Source of the DNA: Delftia acidovorans NBRC 14950
Lineage (GTDB): Bacteria; Pseudomonadota; Gammaproteobacteria; Burkholderiales; Burkholderiaceae_C
Reading direction: 5' to 3'
Assembly: GCF_001598795.1 (NCBI RefSeq)
Contig: NZ_BCZP01000015.1
Coordinates: forward strand, 1 to 32,000
DNA: 32,000 nucleotides
Shown here in pieces: positions 16,544 through 25,208 of the stretch (position 1 is the stretch's first letter; each line of letters opens with the position of its first letter). A program made the position numbers and the translations under genes. Below the pieces are notes generated by a model. It ran no database searches. It was not told the origin of the DNA and saw nothing but the letters and a program-made list of their open reading frames with translations.

Positions 16544-17407
16544 ATGGACGTTTTTCTGCAGCAAGTGCTCAACGGCCTGACCCTGGGCGGCATCTACGGC
16601 CTGGTGGCCCTGGGCCTGACCCTGGTCTACGGCATCCTGCACGTGCCCAATTTCGCGCACGGCGGCTTCTACATGATCGGCGCCTTCGTGGCCTTCCAGG
16701 CCATGGTGGCCTGGAGCTGGGGCTACTGGGCGGCCATGCTGACCGCAGCCGTCGCGGTGGCGGTGCTGGGCATCGTCAGCGAGCGGCTGATCTTCCATCC
16801 GCTGCGCAAGGCCTCGCCCCTGCATCCCAAGATCGCCTCCATCGGGCTGCTGCTGTTCCTGGAGGCGGGTGCCCAGGCGCTGTGGGGCGCGGACTTCCAG
16901 CGCATGCCCACGCCCTACACCTCCATCGTGGAGATGGGCGGCATCACGGCGCCCGCGCAGCGCCTGCTGATCATCGGTGCGGCCTTTGCGCTGATGGTGG
17001 CCCTGCACCTGTTCCTGACGCGCACCATCACGGGCGCGACCATCATCGCCATGGCGCAGAACCGAGAGGGCGCATCGATGGTGGGCATCGACGCCAACCG
17101 CGTGTCCATGCTGACCTTTGCCATCTCGGGCGTGCTCGCGGCCGTGGCGGCCACGCTGTATGCGCCCATCAACCTGGTCTATCCGGCCATGGGCCACCTG
17201 GTCATCACCAAGGCTTTCGTGATCATCATCCTGGGCGGCATGGGCAGCATCCCGGGCGCCGTGCTGGGCGGACTGATCATCGGCTTTGCCGAGAGCTTCG
17301 GCGCCTACTACATCTCCACCGACTACAAGGACATCATCGCCTTCGTGCTGCTGGTGGTGATCCTGTCGCTGCGCCCGCAGGGCCTGTTCGCCAAGAGGAG
17401 TCATTGA
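16544..17407 (+). CDS. livH: branched-chain amino acid-type ABC transporter permease
   Basis: 287 aa from MDVFLQQVLNGLTLGGIYGLVALGLTLVYG, the LivH signature N-terminus. AGGAGG RBS upstream. Confidence 0.92.
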   Translation: MDVFLQQVLNGLTLGGIYGLVALGLTLVYGILHVPNFAHGGFYMIGAFVAFQAMVAWSWGYWAAMLTAAVAVAVLGIVSERLIFHPLRKASPLHPKIASIGLLLFLEAGAQALWGADFQRMPTPYTSIVEMGGITAPAQRLLIIGAAFALMVALHLFLTRTITGATIIAMAQNREGASMVGIDANRVSMLTFAISGVLAAVAATLYAPINLVYPAMGHLVITKAFVIIILGGMGSIPGAVLGGLIIGFAESFGAYYISTDYKDIIAFVLLVVILSLRPQGLFAKRSH

Positions 17408-18382
17408 ATGAACGGATTCATCGACTCCCGCATCGCCTGGGGCCTGCTGCTGGCCGCCGGCATCGCCTTTCCCTGGCTGGCGGGCAATGACTACCACCTC
17501 ACGGTGATGAGCACGGCCTACATCTTCGCCATCGCCACGCTGGGCCTGAACCTGATCACGGGCTACACGGGCCAGCTCAATCTGGCGCATGCGGGCTTCA
17601 TGGCCGCGGGCGCCTATACCGTGGGTATCCTCACGGTGGACCATGGCTGGCCGTTCTGGGGCGGGCTGGTGATGTCGGGCGTGGTGTGCGCGGTGCTGGG
17701 CTACCTGATCGGCATCGTCTCGCTGCGCCTGAAGGGGCACTACTTCTCGATCTTCACGCTGTGCGTGGGCTACATCATGTTCCTCGTGATCGAGAAGTGG
17801 GAGGGCCTGACCCACGGCACGGTGGGCATCATGGGCATCCCCGCGCCCGAGGCCCTGGGCGCGCTGAGCTTCGAGTCGCCGCTGGCGCTGTACTACCTGG
17901 TGCTGGCCTTCCTCGTGGCCTCGGTCTGGGTGATGCGGCGCATCGTCCGGTCGCTGCTGGGCCGCACCTTCATGGCCATCCGCAACAGCGACGAGCTGGC
18001 CGAGGCGCTGGGCATCAACCTCATGCGCAACAAGGTGCTGGCCTTCATGCTGAGCGTGGTCTACGCGGGCGTGGCCGGCGGCCTGTACGCCGGCTTCGTG
18101 CGCTTCATCGGTCCCGACATGGCCGGCGTGCACCACACCTTCGACATGATGATCTTCGCCATGGTCGGCGGCATGGGCACGGTGCTGGGGCCGCTGCTGG
18201 GCGCCATCGGCATGCCCTGGATCACGCAGTACCTGCAGTTCCTGCAGGAGTACCGCTTCATCGTCTTCGGCCCGATTCTCGTGATGCTGGTGATCTTCAT
18301 GCCCTACGGCGTGGTGGGCAGCTTCACCGCATGGCGCGCGCGCCGCAATGCCAAGGAGGGCAAGCCGCATGCTCAAGATTGA
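17408..18382 (+). CDS. livM: branched-chain amino acid-type ABC transporter permease
   Basis: 324 aa, multi-TM, LivM-like (LNLITGYTGQLNLAHAGF). The ATG directly abuts the livH stop. Confidence 0.92.
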   Translation: MNGFIDSRIAWGLLLAAGIAFPWLAGNDYHLTVMSTAYIFAIATLGLNLITGYTGQLNLAHAGFMAAGAYTVGILTVDHGWPFWGGLVMSGVVCAVLGYLIGIVSLRLKGHYFSIFTLCVGYIMFLVIEKWEGLTHGTVGIMGIPAPEALGALSFESPLALYYLVLAFLVASVWVMRRIVRSLLGRTFMAIRNSDELAEALGINLMRNKVLAFMLSVVYAGVAGGLYAGFVRFIGPDMAGVHHTFDMMIFAMVGGMGTVLGPLLGAIGMPWITQYLQFLQEYRFIVFGPILVMLVIFMPYGVVGSFTAWRARRNAKEGKPHAQD

Positions 18383-19133
18383 CCGCCTGACCAAGACCTT
18401 CGGCGGGCTGGCCGCCGTGAGCGATGTCAGCACCGTGATCGAGGAAGGCCGCATCAACGCCATCATCGGCCCCAACGGCGCGGGCAAGACCACGTTCTTC
18501 AACCTGATCAGCTGCGTGCACAAGCCCACCTCGGGCACCATCACCTTCAACGGCCAGGACGTGACCTCGCTGCGCACCGACCAGGTGGCGAAACTGGGCG
18601 TGGCGCGCACCTTCCAGACCACGGCGCTGTTCGACCGCGCCACGGTGCTGGACAACCTCATCGTGGGCCACCGGCTGCGCACGCGGTCAGGCCTGTGGGA
18701 CGTGCTGCGCGGCTCCAGCCGCCTGCGCGAGGAAGAGCGCGTGTGCCGCGAGAAGGCGCGCGACGCGCTGGACTTCGTGGGCCTGTCGCATGTGGCCGGC
18801 CGCATTGCGGGCGACATCACGCAGGAGGAGCGCAAGCGCGTGGCCTTCGCGCTGGCCCTGGCCACCGACCCGAAGCTGATGCTGCTCGACGAGCCTGCCG
18901 GCGGCGTCAACCCCGAGGAGACCGAGGGCCTGGCCGAGCTGATCCGCAAGCTGGTGCGCCATGGCATCACGGTGGCGCTGATCGAGCACAAGATGGGCAT
19001 GATCATGAGCCTGGCCGACAAGATCCTGGTGCTCAGCTACGGCGAGAAGATCGCCGAGGGCACGCCCGAGGAAATCCGCCGCAACCCCGCCGTCATCGAT
19101 GCCTACCTGGGGAGCGAGCATGCTGAAGTTTGA
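18369..19133 (+). CDS. livG: ABC transporter ATP-binding protein (LivG-type)
   Basis: [13 protein letters not shown] start, Walker [10 protein letters not shown], Walker [11 protein letters not shown], and the LivG-type C-terminus [10 protein letters not shown]. An alternative start exists at 18348. Confidence 0.9.
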   Translation: MLKIDRLTKTFGGLAAVSDVSTVIEEGRINAIIGPNGAGKTTFFNLISCVHKPTSGTITFNGQDVTSLRTDQVAKLGVARTFQTTALFDRATVLDNLIVGHRLRTRSGLWDVLRGSSRLREEERVCREKARDALDFVGLSHVAGRIAGDITQEERKRVAFALALATDPKLMLLDEPAGGVNPEETEGLAELIRKLVRHGITVALIEHKMGMIMSLADKILVLSYGEKIAEGTPEEIRRNPAVIDAYLGSEHAEV

Positions 19134-19827
19134 GAACGTGTCGCTGCGCTACGGCAGCTTCCTGGCGCTGGACGGGGTCAGCCTGCATGCCGACCGCGGC
19201 GAGCTGGTGGTGCTGCTGGGCGCCAACGGCGCGGGCAAGAGTTCGCTGTTCCTCACGGCCAGCGGCATCCACAAGGCCGCAGGCGGCTCCATCGTCTGGA
19301 ATGGCAGGGAGCTGGCCGGCAGCAAGCCCTCGGCTATCGTGCAGTCCGGCTTGGTGCAGTGCCCCGAAGGGCGCAAGCTGTTTCCCCAGATGTCGGTGCT
19401 GCGCAACCTGCAACTGGGCGCCTACGTGCACCGCCGCGACCCCGGCCCCAGCCAGAAGACGCTGCAGGAGGTGATGGAGCTGTTTCCCATCCTGCGCGAG
19501 AAGCAGCATGACCCGGCCGGCTCGCTGTCGGGCGGCCAGCAGCAGATGGTGGCCATCGGCCGCGCCATGATGGGCCGGCCCCAGGCTCTGCTGCTGGACG
19601 AGCCCTCGCTGGGCCTGGCGCCCCTGGTCATCAAGCAGATGTTCGAGGCCATACAGCGCATCAACGCGGCCGGCACCACCGTGCTGCTGGCCGAGCAGAA
19701 CGCCTATGCGGCGCTGAAGATCGCGCACCGCGCCTATGTGATGGAAAGCGGCCGCATCGTGCGCGAGGGCAAGCCGGCCGAGCTGCTGGCTGACGACTCC
19801 ATCCGAAAAGCCTACATCGGTGCATGA
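19120..19827 (+). CDS. livF: ABC transporter ATP-binding protein (LivF-type)
   Basis: [12 protein letters not shown] start, Walker [10 protein letters not shown], signature LSGGQQQ, Walker [11 protein letters not shown]. It overlaps livG by 14 nt. An alternative start exists at 19099. Confidence 0.9.
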   Translation: MLKFENVSLRYGSFLALDGVSLHADRGELVVLLGANGAGKSSLFLTASGIHKAAGGSIVWNGRELAGSKPSAIVQSGLVQCPEGRKLFPQMSVLRNLQLGAYVHRRDPGPSQKTLQEVMELFPILREKQHDPAGSLSGGQQQMVAIGRAMMGRPQALLLDEPSLGLAPLVIKQMFEAIQRINAAGTTVLLAEQNAYAALKIAHRAYVMESGRIVREGKPAELLADDSIRKAYIGA

Positions 19828-19839
19828 CATGACACTGCA

Positions 19840-19937
19840 CCCCCTGAGCCGCTGCGCGGCTTCCCCCTCTCTCTCGCTTCGCGAGGGAGGGGGACGACGC
19901 CCTCGCTGCGGGGCGGCCCTTGCTCGGCGTCCCTGGT
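19840..19937 (+). repeat. REP-like structured intergenic repeat, copy C
   Basis: Begins ~12 nt after the livF stop at 19827 and ends ~68 nt before the binding-protein start. It aligns with copies A and B. Confidence 0.8.
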
Positions 19938-20004
19938 CTGGGCTGCGCCGGATTTATGCGTTGCGTCAGCAGCGATTCGTTCTTCACTATCCAAGGAGAC
20001 AGAC

Positions 20005-21180
20005 ATGACAGCATTCGCACCATTGACCCGCCGCAGGGTGGGCACGCTGGCCCTGGCCTGCGCCGCCGTGGCCGCTGCCGGCCCTGCGCTGGCCCAGGAA
20101 GTCGTCAAGATCGGCTACTCCGGCCCGCTGTCGGGCGGCGCTGCCCAGTACGGCAAGAACGTGCTCGACGGCATGCAGATGGCCGTCTCCGAGATCAATG
20201 CCGCAGCTCCCGAGATCGGTGGCAAGAAGGTCAAGATCGAGATCGTGCCGCTGGACGACAAGTACAACCCGTCCGAGACCGCGATCAACGCCCAGCGCCT
20301 GGTGCAGCAGCACAAGACGGCGGCCATCCTGGTGCCGCATTCGGGCGGCATCTTCGCGCTGCAGACCACCAACGAGCGCAGCAACTTCATCGTGCTGGCC
20401 TACAGCTCGGTGCCGCAGATCACCAACCGGGGCAACAAGCTGACCCTGCGCATCCCGCCCGAGTTCACCTCGTACATCGACCCGTTCTCCAAGTACGTGA
20501 TGGGCCGCTTCGGCAAGAAGGTGGCCCTGGTGGGCGCCGACCACGACTACGCCAAGGCCTGGGTCGCCGCCTTCAAGCCCGGCTGGGAAAAGCTGGGCGG
20601 CACCGTGGTGGCCGAGAACGCCATGAGCTACAACCGCGCCACCGACTTCTACAGCGGCGTGAGCAAGGCCCTGGCCGAGAAGCCCGACGTGCTCTTCGTG
20701 GGCGGTGCCTCCGAGCCCACGGCCCTGGTCGTCAAGCAGGCGCGCGAGCTGGGCTTCAAGGGCGGCTTCGTGGTCATGGACCAGGCCAAGCTCGACGAAA
20801 TGGCCCGCGTGGTCGGCGGCTATGCGCCGCTGGAAGGCGCCATCGGCGTCATGCCCGTGTCCGAGGACACCAAGCCCGAGAACAAGGCCTTCGTCGAACG
20901 CTTCGGCAAGGTCTACCCGGGCCGCATCCCCGGCTCGGAGGCGCAGTGGAACTACACGGCCGTGCACGCCACCGTCAAGGCCATGCAACTGGCCGGCTCG
21001 GCCTCGGACACCAAGGCCATCCACGCCAAGCTCGACGAAGCCTACAAATCCCTGCGCCCCGACGTGAACCCCGGCGGCGTCAAGGGCGTGGATGAGCGCG
21101 GCGGCACCCTGACCACGGAACGCGGCGCCGCTGTGCGCGACGGCAAGATTGAGGCGGTGATGACGGTTGCGAACAAGTAG
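20005..21180 (+). CDS. ABC transporter periplasmic substrate-binding protein (LivK/Leu-Ile-Val-binding-like, type I PBP)
   Basis: 391 aa with signal peptide ...AAAGPALAQ then EVVKIGYSGPLSGGAAQYGK. AAGGAGACAGAC RBS upstream. Confidence 0.9.
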   Translation: MTAFAPLTRRRVGTLALACAAVAAAGPALAQEVVKIGYSGPLSGGAAQYGKNVLDGMQMAVSEINAAAPEIGGKKVKIEIVPLDDKYNPSETAINAQRLVQQHKTAAILVPHSGGIFALQTTNERSNFIVLAYSSVPQITNRGNKLTLRIPPEFTSYIDPFSKYVMGRFGKKVALVGADHDYAKAWVAAFKPGWEKLGGTVVAENAMSYNRATDFYSGVSKALAEKPDVLFVGGASEPTALVVKQARELGFKGGFVVMDQAKLDEMARVVGGYAPLEGAIGVMPVSEDTKPENKAFVERFGKVYPGRIPGSEAQWNYTAVHATVKAMQLAGSASDTKAIHAKLDEAYKSLRPDVNPGGVKGVDERGGTLTTERGAAVRDGKIEAVMTVANK

Positions 21181-21203
21181 AGCGCCGCTCAGTTTTTCGA
21201 CCG

Positions 21204-21246
21204 AAAGCGCCTGGTGCCAGCTTGATCTGGCCCAGGCGCTTTCTTG
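21204..21246 (+). terminator. rho-independent terminator after the ABC operon
   Basis: AAAGCGCCTGGTGCCAG ... CTGGCCCAGGCGCTTT long stem with one mismatch, followed by CTTTCTT. Confidence 0.7.
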
Positions 21247-21272
21247 TGGACTCAGTTGTCCGCTACTTACGT

Positions 21273-21301
21273 TTGACGTTACTGACGCGGTGCGTTATTA
21301 T
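21273..21301 (+). promoter_or_regulatory. sigma70-like promoter of higBA (TTGACG-17 nt-TATTAT)
   Basis: -35 TTGACG at 21273-21278, a 17-nt spacer, and -10 TATTAT at 21296-21301. Only 8 nt separate the -10 from the higB ATG at 21310, and there is no Shine-Dalgarno. Confidence 0.55.
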
Positions 21302-21309
21302 TTGCTTCC

Positions 21310-21591
21310 ATGACGATCCAGTCATTCAAGTGCCCCGACACCGAGCAACTGTTCCAGCAGAGGCGGGTTCGTCGGTGGAGCGGCATTGAAGTGGTTGCGC
21401 TGCGCAAGCTTCGGATGCTGCATGCCGCTCATGTGCTTCAGGACCTGAGGGTCCCGCCCGGAAACCGGCTGGAGGCGCTACAGGGGGATCGCAAGGGGCA
21501 GCACAGCATCCGCATCAATGATCAGTGGCGCGTGTGCTTTGTGTGGACCCATGAAGGCCCGAGTGAGCTGGAGATCGTCGATTACCACTGA
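21310..21591 (+). CDS. higB: type II toxin HigB (RelE/ParE superfamily, 'killer protein')
   Basis: 93 aa, MTIQSFKCPDTEQLF...GNRLEALQGDRKGQHSIRINDQWRVCFVW...IVDYH, the classic HigB pattern. Confidence 0.92.
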   Translation: MTIQSFKCPDTEQLFQQRRVRRWSGIEVVALRKLRMLHAAHVLQDLRVPPGNRLEALQGDRKGQHSIRINDQWRVCFVWTHEGPSELEIVDYH

Positions 21592-21633
21592 AGCGAAAGC
21601 GTTGATCCTGGATCTGGCGCAGGAGTGCTGACC

Positions 21634-21933
21634 ATGAACAAACCTTTGAACCTCCCCACGCCAGGCGAAATCCTGGCCACTGAATTCCTGGAGCCCATGG
21701 GCCTGACGCAATACCGCCTGGCCCAGGCCATCCATGTCCCGCAGACACGCATCGCGGCCATCGTCAAGAACGGCCGCTCCATCACCGCGGATACGGCGCT
21801 GCGCCTTGCGCGCTTCTTTGGCACGTCCGTGGAGTTCTGGATGAATCTGCAAAGCCAGTACGACGCCGACATGGCACGCAAGTCCATCGGCGACGATCTG
21901 GAGTCCATCGAACCGTTTGCCCTGCAGGCTTGA
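21634..21933 (+). CDS. higA: type II antitoxin HigA (XRE-family HTH)
   Basis: 99 aa, MNKPLNLPTPGEILATEFLEPMGLTQYRLAQAIHVPQTRIAAIVKNGRSITADTALRLARFFGTSVEFWMNLQ. AGGAG at 21621-21625 lies 8 nt before ATG 21634. The track ORF starts at GTG 21625. Confidence 0.9.
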   Translation: MNKPLNLPTPGEILATEFLEPMGLTQYRLAQAIHVPQTRIAAIVKNGRSITADTALRLARFFGTSVEFWMNLQSQYDADMARKSIGDDLESIEPFALQA

Positions 21934-21958
21934 AATTACGCCGTACGGCCTCTTGGCC

Positions 21959-22297
21959 TCAGAGGCTGCGCTTGAGGCGCCCGGATTCGATATCCGCGCG
22001 CAGCAATTCGTTGACGCGTGTTTGCCAGCCCTGGCCGGTGGCCTTGAGCGCTTGCAGTACGTCGGGGTCGAAGCGGATGTTGGTGGCGATCTTGGCATCT
22101 GCCTTGACCGAGCCTTGCGGGCGGCCCCGTTTGCGCGAGGCAATCTGCTCGGGCGTGTGCACGGCGGCAAACTGGCCTGTCTTGGCCTCTTGCAGCGCCT
22201 GACGCAGGCCGGGAACCGCCTCGCCCGCGTCGGCCTCGATGGCCTGGGCCAGCTTTTCCGTGTCCATTGCCTGCAGGGCCTTCAGGGACTTCACCAT
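21959..22297 (-). CDS. BrnA-like (DUF4415-type) antitoxin / ribbon-helix-helix protein, solitary
   Basis: 112 aa from MVKSLKALQAMDTEK. The C-terminal KRGRPQGSVKADAKIATNIRFDPDVLQALKATGQGWQTRVNELLRADI matches the BrnA pattern. GAAGGAG RBS upstream. The track ORF 21959-22648 over-extends across a terminator and into the SDR gene. Confidence 0.75.
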   Translation of the reverse strand: MVKSLKALQAMDTEKLAQAIEADAGEAVPGLRQALQEAKTGQFAAVHTPEQIASRKRGRPQGSVKADAKIATNIRFDPDVLQALKATGQGWQTRVNELLRADIESGRLKRSL

Positions 22298-22370
22298 GGT
22301 CAACTCCTTCGGATGTCCTTGGGCAGGAGTTTGTTTGCTCGGCCTTGGCATACAAAGGCTTTTATTGAAA

Positions 22371-22394
22371 CAAAAAGGAGCGCCTCGGCGCTCC
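22371..22394 (-). terminator. rho-independent terminator after the SDR gene
   Basis: Minus strand reads GGAGCGC-CGAG-GCGCTCC followed by TTTTTG. It lies 23 nt downstream of the stop at 22417. Confidence 0.7.
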
Positions 22395-22416
22395 TCTGTG
22401 GTCAGCGCGATGCGCC

Positions 22417-23190
22417 TTACAACAAGCTCGCTCCACCATCCAGCACCAACGCCTGCCCCGTCATGTGCCGCGATGCATCGGACGCCAGGTAGACCACGGC
22501 GCCCTTGAGGTCCTCCTCGCCGCCGATGCGGCGCAGCGGGGCGCGGGCGATGAGCTGGTCGCCGAGCTTGTCGATGAGGCCGTTGGCCAGCTTGCTGGGA
22601 AAAAAGCCCGGGCAGATGGAGTTGACGCGGATGCCGTAGTGGCCCCATTCCGAGGCCAGGGTGCGCGCCAGGTGCACGGCGGCCGCCTTGGAGGTGTTGT
22701 AGGCCACGGTGTTCATGCCGGGCGGCGTGCCCTTGAAGGCCGCGACCGAGGCCGTGATGATCACGTTGCCCTGGCCCTTGGGGATCATCACGCGCCTGGC
22801 CACTTCGCGGGTGAGGAAGAAGGGCGCGGAGACGTTGAGGTTCATGACCTTGTTCCAGGCCTCGTCCGGGTATTCCTCGGCCTTGGCGCCCCAGGTGGCG
22901 CCGGCGTTGTTGACGAGGATGTCGATGTCGCCGCAGCGCGCCAGCACGTCGTCGACCAGGGCGGGGATGGTGTCGAACTTCTGCAGGTCGTTGGTGAAGG
23001 TCTCGACCTGGTAGCCCAGGCCCTGCAGGTGGGCCTTGGCCTCGGCCAGTTCATCGGACTTGCGCGCCGTGATGGCGAGGCGGGCGCCCATCTCGCCCAG
23101 CGCCTCGGCCATCTGCAGGCCCAGGCCGCGCGAGCCTCCGGTGATGAGGGCGGTCTTGCCGGTGAGGTTGAACAGTGCTTTCACGCTCAT
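22417..23190 (-). CDS. SDR-family oxidoreductase (gluconate 5-dehydrogenase / KduD-like)
   Basis: 257 aa with TGGSRGLG cofactor motif, NNAG, and the catalytic S...YNTSK. Confidence 0.9.
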   Translation of the reverse strand: MSVKALFNLTGKTALITGGSRGLGLQMAEALGEMGARLAITARKSDELAEAKAHLQGLGYQVETFTNDLQKFDTIPALVDDVLARCGDIDILVNNAGATWGAKAEEYPDEAWNKVMNLNVSAPFFLTREVARRVMIPKGQGNVIITASVAAFKGTPPGMNTVAYNTSKAAAVHLARTLASEWGHYGIRVNSICPGFFPSKLANGLIDKLGDQLIARAPLRRIGGEEDLKGAVVYLASDASRHMTGQALVLDGGASLL

Positions 23191-23323
23191 GCTGGGTGTC
23201 TCCTGCCTTGGTTTCCTGATGGTTGAGCAACGCCCTCCATGCTAGGGCGGCAGTGCGGCGCGCGCTGTCGTCTTGGCTACTGTGCGGGCGCCTGCGGGAC
23301 AGCCGGCCAGGCCCGGTCTGCGG

Positions 23324-24130
23324 TCAGGCGCGGTCTATGTCCTGCTGCAGCCGCCGCACCATGCGCTGCAGCGCAGGCACGCCGTCCTGGCGCAGCGCAT
23401 CGGCCGTGACGAAGCGCGAGGGCCCGCCCAGGCTGACGGCCATCAGCGGCAGGCCACGCCCCGGCGAGAAGGCCAGGGCGATGGCGTTGACCTCGGGCTG
23501 CCAGTCGCCGAACGAGCACGACAGCCAGGGTTGCGGATGGGTGCTGGCACCGGGCCACAGCGGCAGCTGGGCCTGGGCGGCGGCCCATTGCTCGGGGGCA
23601 TGCGATTGCAGGTAGTCCAGCGCGCGCTGGCGCTCGGATGCGGGGCTGGCGGCCAGCCAGGCGCGGCCCACGGCCGTGGTGGCCAGGGGGATGCGCGAGC
23701 CCATGTCCAGGTCGCGGTGCGTGAAGCGCGCGCTGGGGCAGTGCTCGATGTAGACCATGTTGTGCCGGTCGCGTGCGGCCAGGGCCACCTCGGCATCGGT
23801 GGTGGCGGCCAGCTTTTGCATCAGCGGGCGCGCGATCTGGCGCACGTCCAGGCGCGAGAGCATGGCGCTGCCCAGGGCCAGCGTGGCTGTGCCCAGGCGG
23901 TATTTGCCCTCTTCGGGCACGTGGATGAGGTAGCCCAGCGTGGTAAGCGTGTGCGTGAGGCGCGAAACCGTGGACCTGGGCAGTCCGCAGCGCCTGGCGA
24001 TGTCCTGGTTGCCCAGCAGCTTTTCGCCGGAGCGAAAGCAGGACAGGACATCAAGGCCGCGCGCCAGGGCGACGATGAAGTTGCGGTCATCGTCGCCGGG
24101 CTGGGGCGGCGGGGTGCGGGAGGGCGGCAT
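23324..24130 (-). CDS. IclR-family transcriptional regulator
   Basis: 268 aa from MPPSRTPPPQPGDDDRNFIVALARGLDVLSCF...IARRCGLPRSTVSRLTHTL. Start set at ATG 24130 so that it does not overlap fpr. Confidence 0.88.
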   Translation of the reverse strand: MPPSRTPPPQPGDDDRNFIVALARGLDVLSCFRSGEKLLGNQDIARRCGLPRSTVSRLTHTLTTLGYLIHVPEEGKYRLGTATLALGSAMLSRLDVRQIARPLMQKLAATTDAEVALAARDRHNMVYIEHCPSARFTHRDLDMGSRIPLATTAVGRAWLAASPASERQRALDYLQSHAPEQWAAAQAQLPLWPGASTHPQPWLSCSFGDWQPEVNAIALAFSPGRGLPLMAVSLGGPSRFVTADALRQDGVPALQRMVRRLQQDIDRA

Positions 24131-24174
24131 GCGCCGATTATCGGCAGCCGCCCCGCCACGGGGTGTCGTGGGCT

Positions 24175-24948
24175 TTACTTCTCGACGAAGGCGCGCTCGA
24201 CCACGAAGTCGCCGGGCGTGGTGGTGTTGCCTTCCTTGAAGCCGCGGTGCTCCAGCAGCTCCTTGAGTTCGTTCAGCATGGCGGGGCTGCCGCACAGCAT
24301 GACGCGGTCGGTCTCGGGATTGAGCTCGGGCAGGCCGATGTTCTGCGGGAAGGTGCCGGCCGTGATCTGGTTGGAGATGCGGCCCTGGTTGCGGAAGGGC
24401 TCGCGCGTCACCGTGGGGTAGTAGACCAGCTTGTCCTTGACGATTTCGCCGAGGAACTCATGCTCGGGCAGTTCCTTCTCGAACAGCTCCTGGTAGGCCA
24501 GCTCGCTGGCGTGGCGCACGCCGTGCACGACGACGACCTTCTCGTAGCGCTCGTAGGTCTCGGGGTCGCGGGCCACGGCCAGCCAGGGGGCCAGGCCCGT
24601 GCCGGTGCCGATCAGATACAGGTTCTTGCCGGGCAGCAGGTAGTCGATCAGCAGCGTGCCCGTGGGCTTCTTGCCGACGAGGATGGTGTCGCCGACCTGG
24701 ATGTTCTGCAGGCGCGAGGTCAGCGGACCGTCGGGCACCTTGATCGACAGGAACTCGAGGTGCTCCTCGTAGTTGGGGCTGGCGATGGAGTAGGCACGCA
24801 GCAGGTTCTTGCCGTCGACCTTCAGCCCGATCATCGTGAAATGGCCGTTGGAAAAGCGCAGCGCGGTGTCACGGGTGGTGGTGAAGGAGAAAAGGCGGTC
24901 GGTCCAGTGGTGGACGGACAGCACGCGTTCTTCAAGAAAAGCACTCAT
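24175..24948 (-). CDS. fpr: ferredoxin-NADP+ reductase (bacterial subclass I Fpr)
   Basis: 257 aa from MSAFLEERVLSVHHWTDRLFSFTTTRD, with RAYSIAS FAD motif, GTGLAP NADP motif, and FVVERAFVEK C-terminus. Confidence 0.9.
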   Translation of the reverse strand: MSAFLEERVLSVHHWTDRLFSFTTTRDTALRFSNGHFTMIGLKVDGKNLLRAYSIASPNYEEHLEFLSIKVPDGPLTSRLQNIQVGDTILVGKKPTGTLLIDYLLPGKNLYLIGTGTGLAPWLAVARDPETYERYEKVVVVHGVRHASELAYQELFEKELPEHEFLGEIVKDKLVYYPTVTREPFRNQGRISNQITAGTFPQNIGLPELNPETDRVMLCGSPAMLNELKELLEHRGFKEGNTTTPGDFVVERAFVEK

Positions 24949-25208
24949 GTTGGCAATACGGTGAATTCGGGGCAGGCAGTGCCCGCCGGGACGTTGCAAT
25001 GAGAGGTCAGTGCCATTCAGGCACGCGGTGGCGGGAAGCACAGGGGGCAGGCGCGGTGTGCGCGTTGCCGCTGCTTCGTGGCGGCCGGTGACCGGGGCAA
25101 GGTCGCTATTGTCCGGTAAATGGCGTCAAAAGGGGCAGGCGCGAACCTTTGTCTTGATACGGATTAGTGATAAGCAAAATGACGCTGGCTGAATCGCTGC
25201 AGCGCTCG

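Noticed and set aside
16181-19021. 946-aa ORF on the minus strand across livH-livM-livG
   Set aside because: It is an antisense shadow of clearly identifiable ABC transporter genes, with a low-complexity Arg/Ala/His/Asp-rich translation.
21478-22170. 230-aa minus-strand ORF overlapping higB/higA and the BrnA-like gene
   Set aside because: It overlaps three well-supported small genes. It has an Arg/Ala/Pro-rich composition and no recognisable domain.
25150-25190. Fur-box-like AT-rich stretch GATTAGTGATAAGCAAAATGA upstream of fpr
   Set aside because: Hand alignment to the GATAATGATAATCATTATC consensus only works out of register and gives a poor match. The stretch also sits at the 3' end of the LysR gene region, far from the fpr start.
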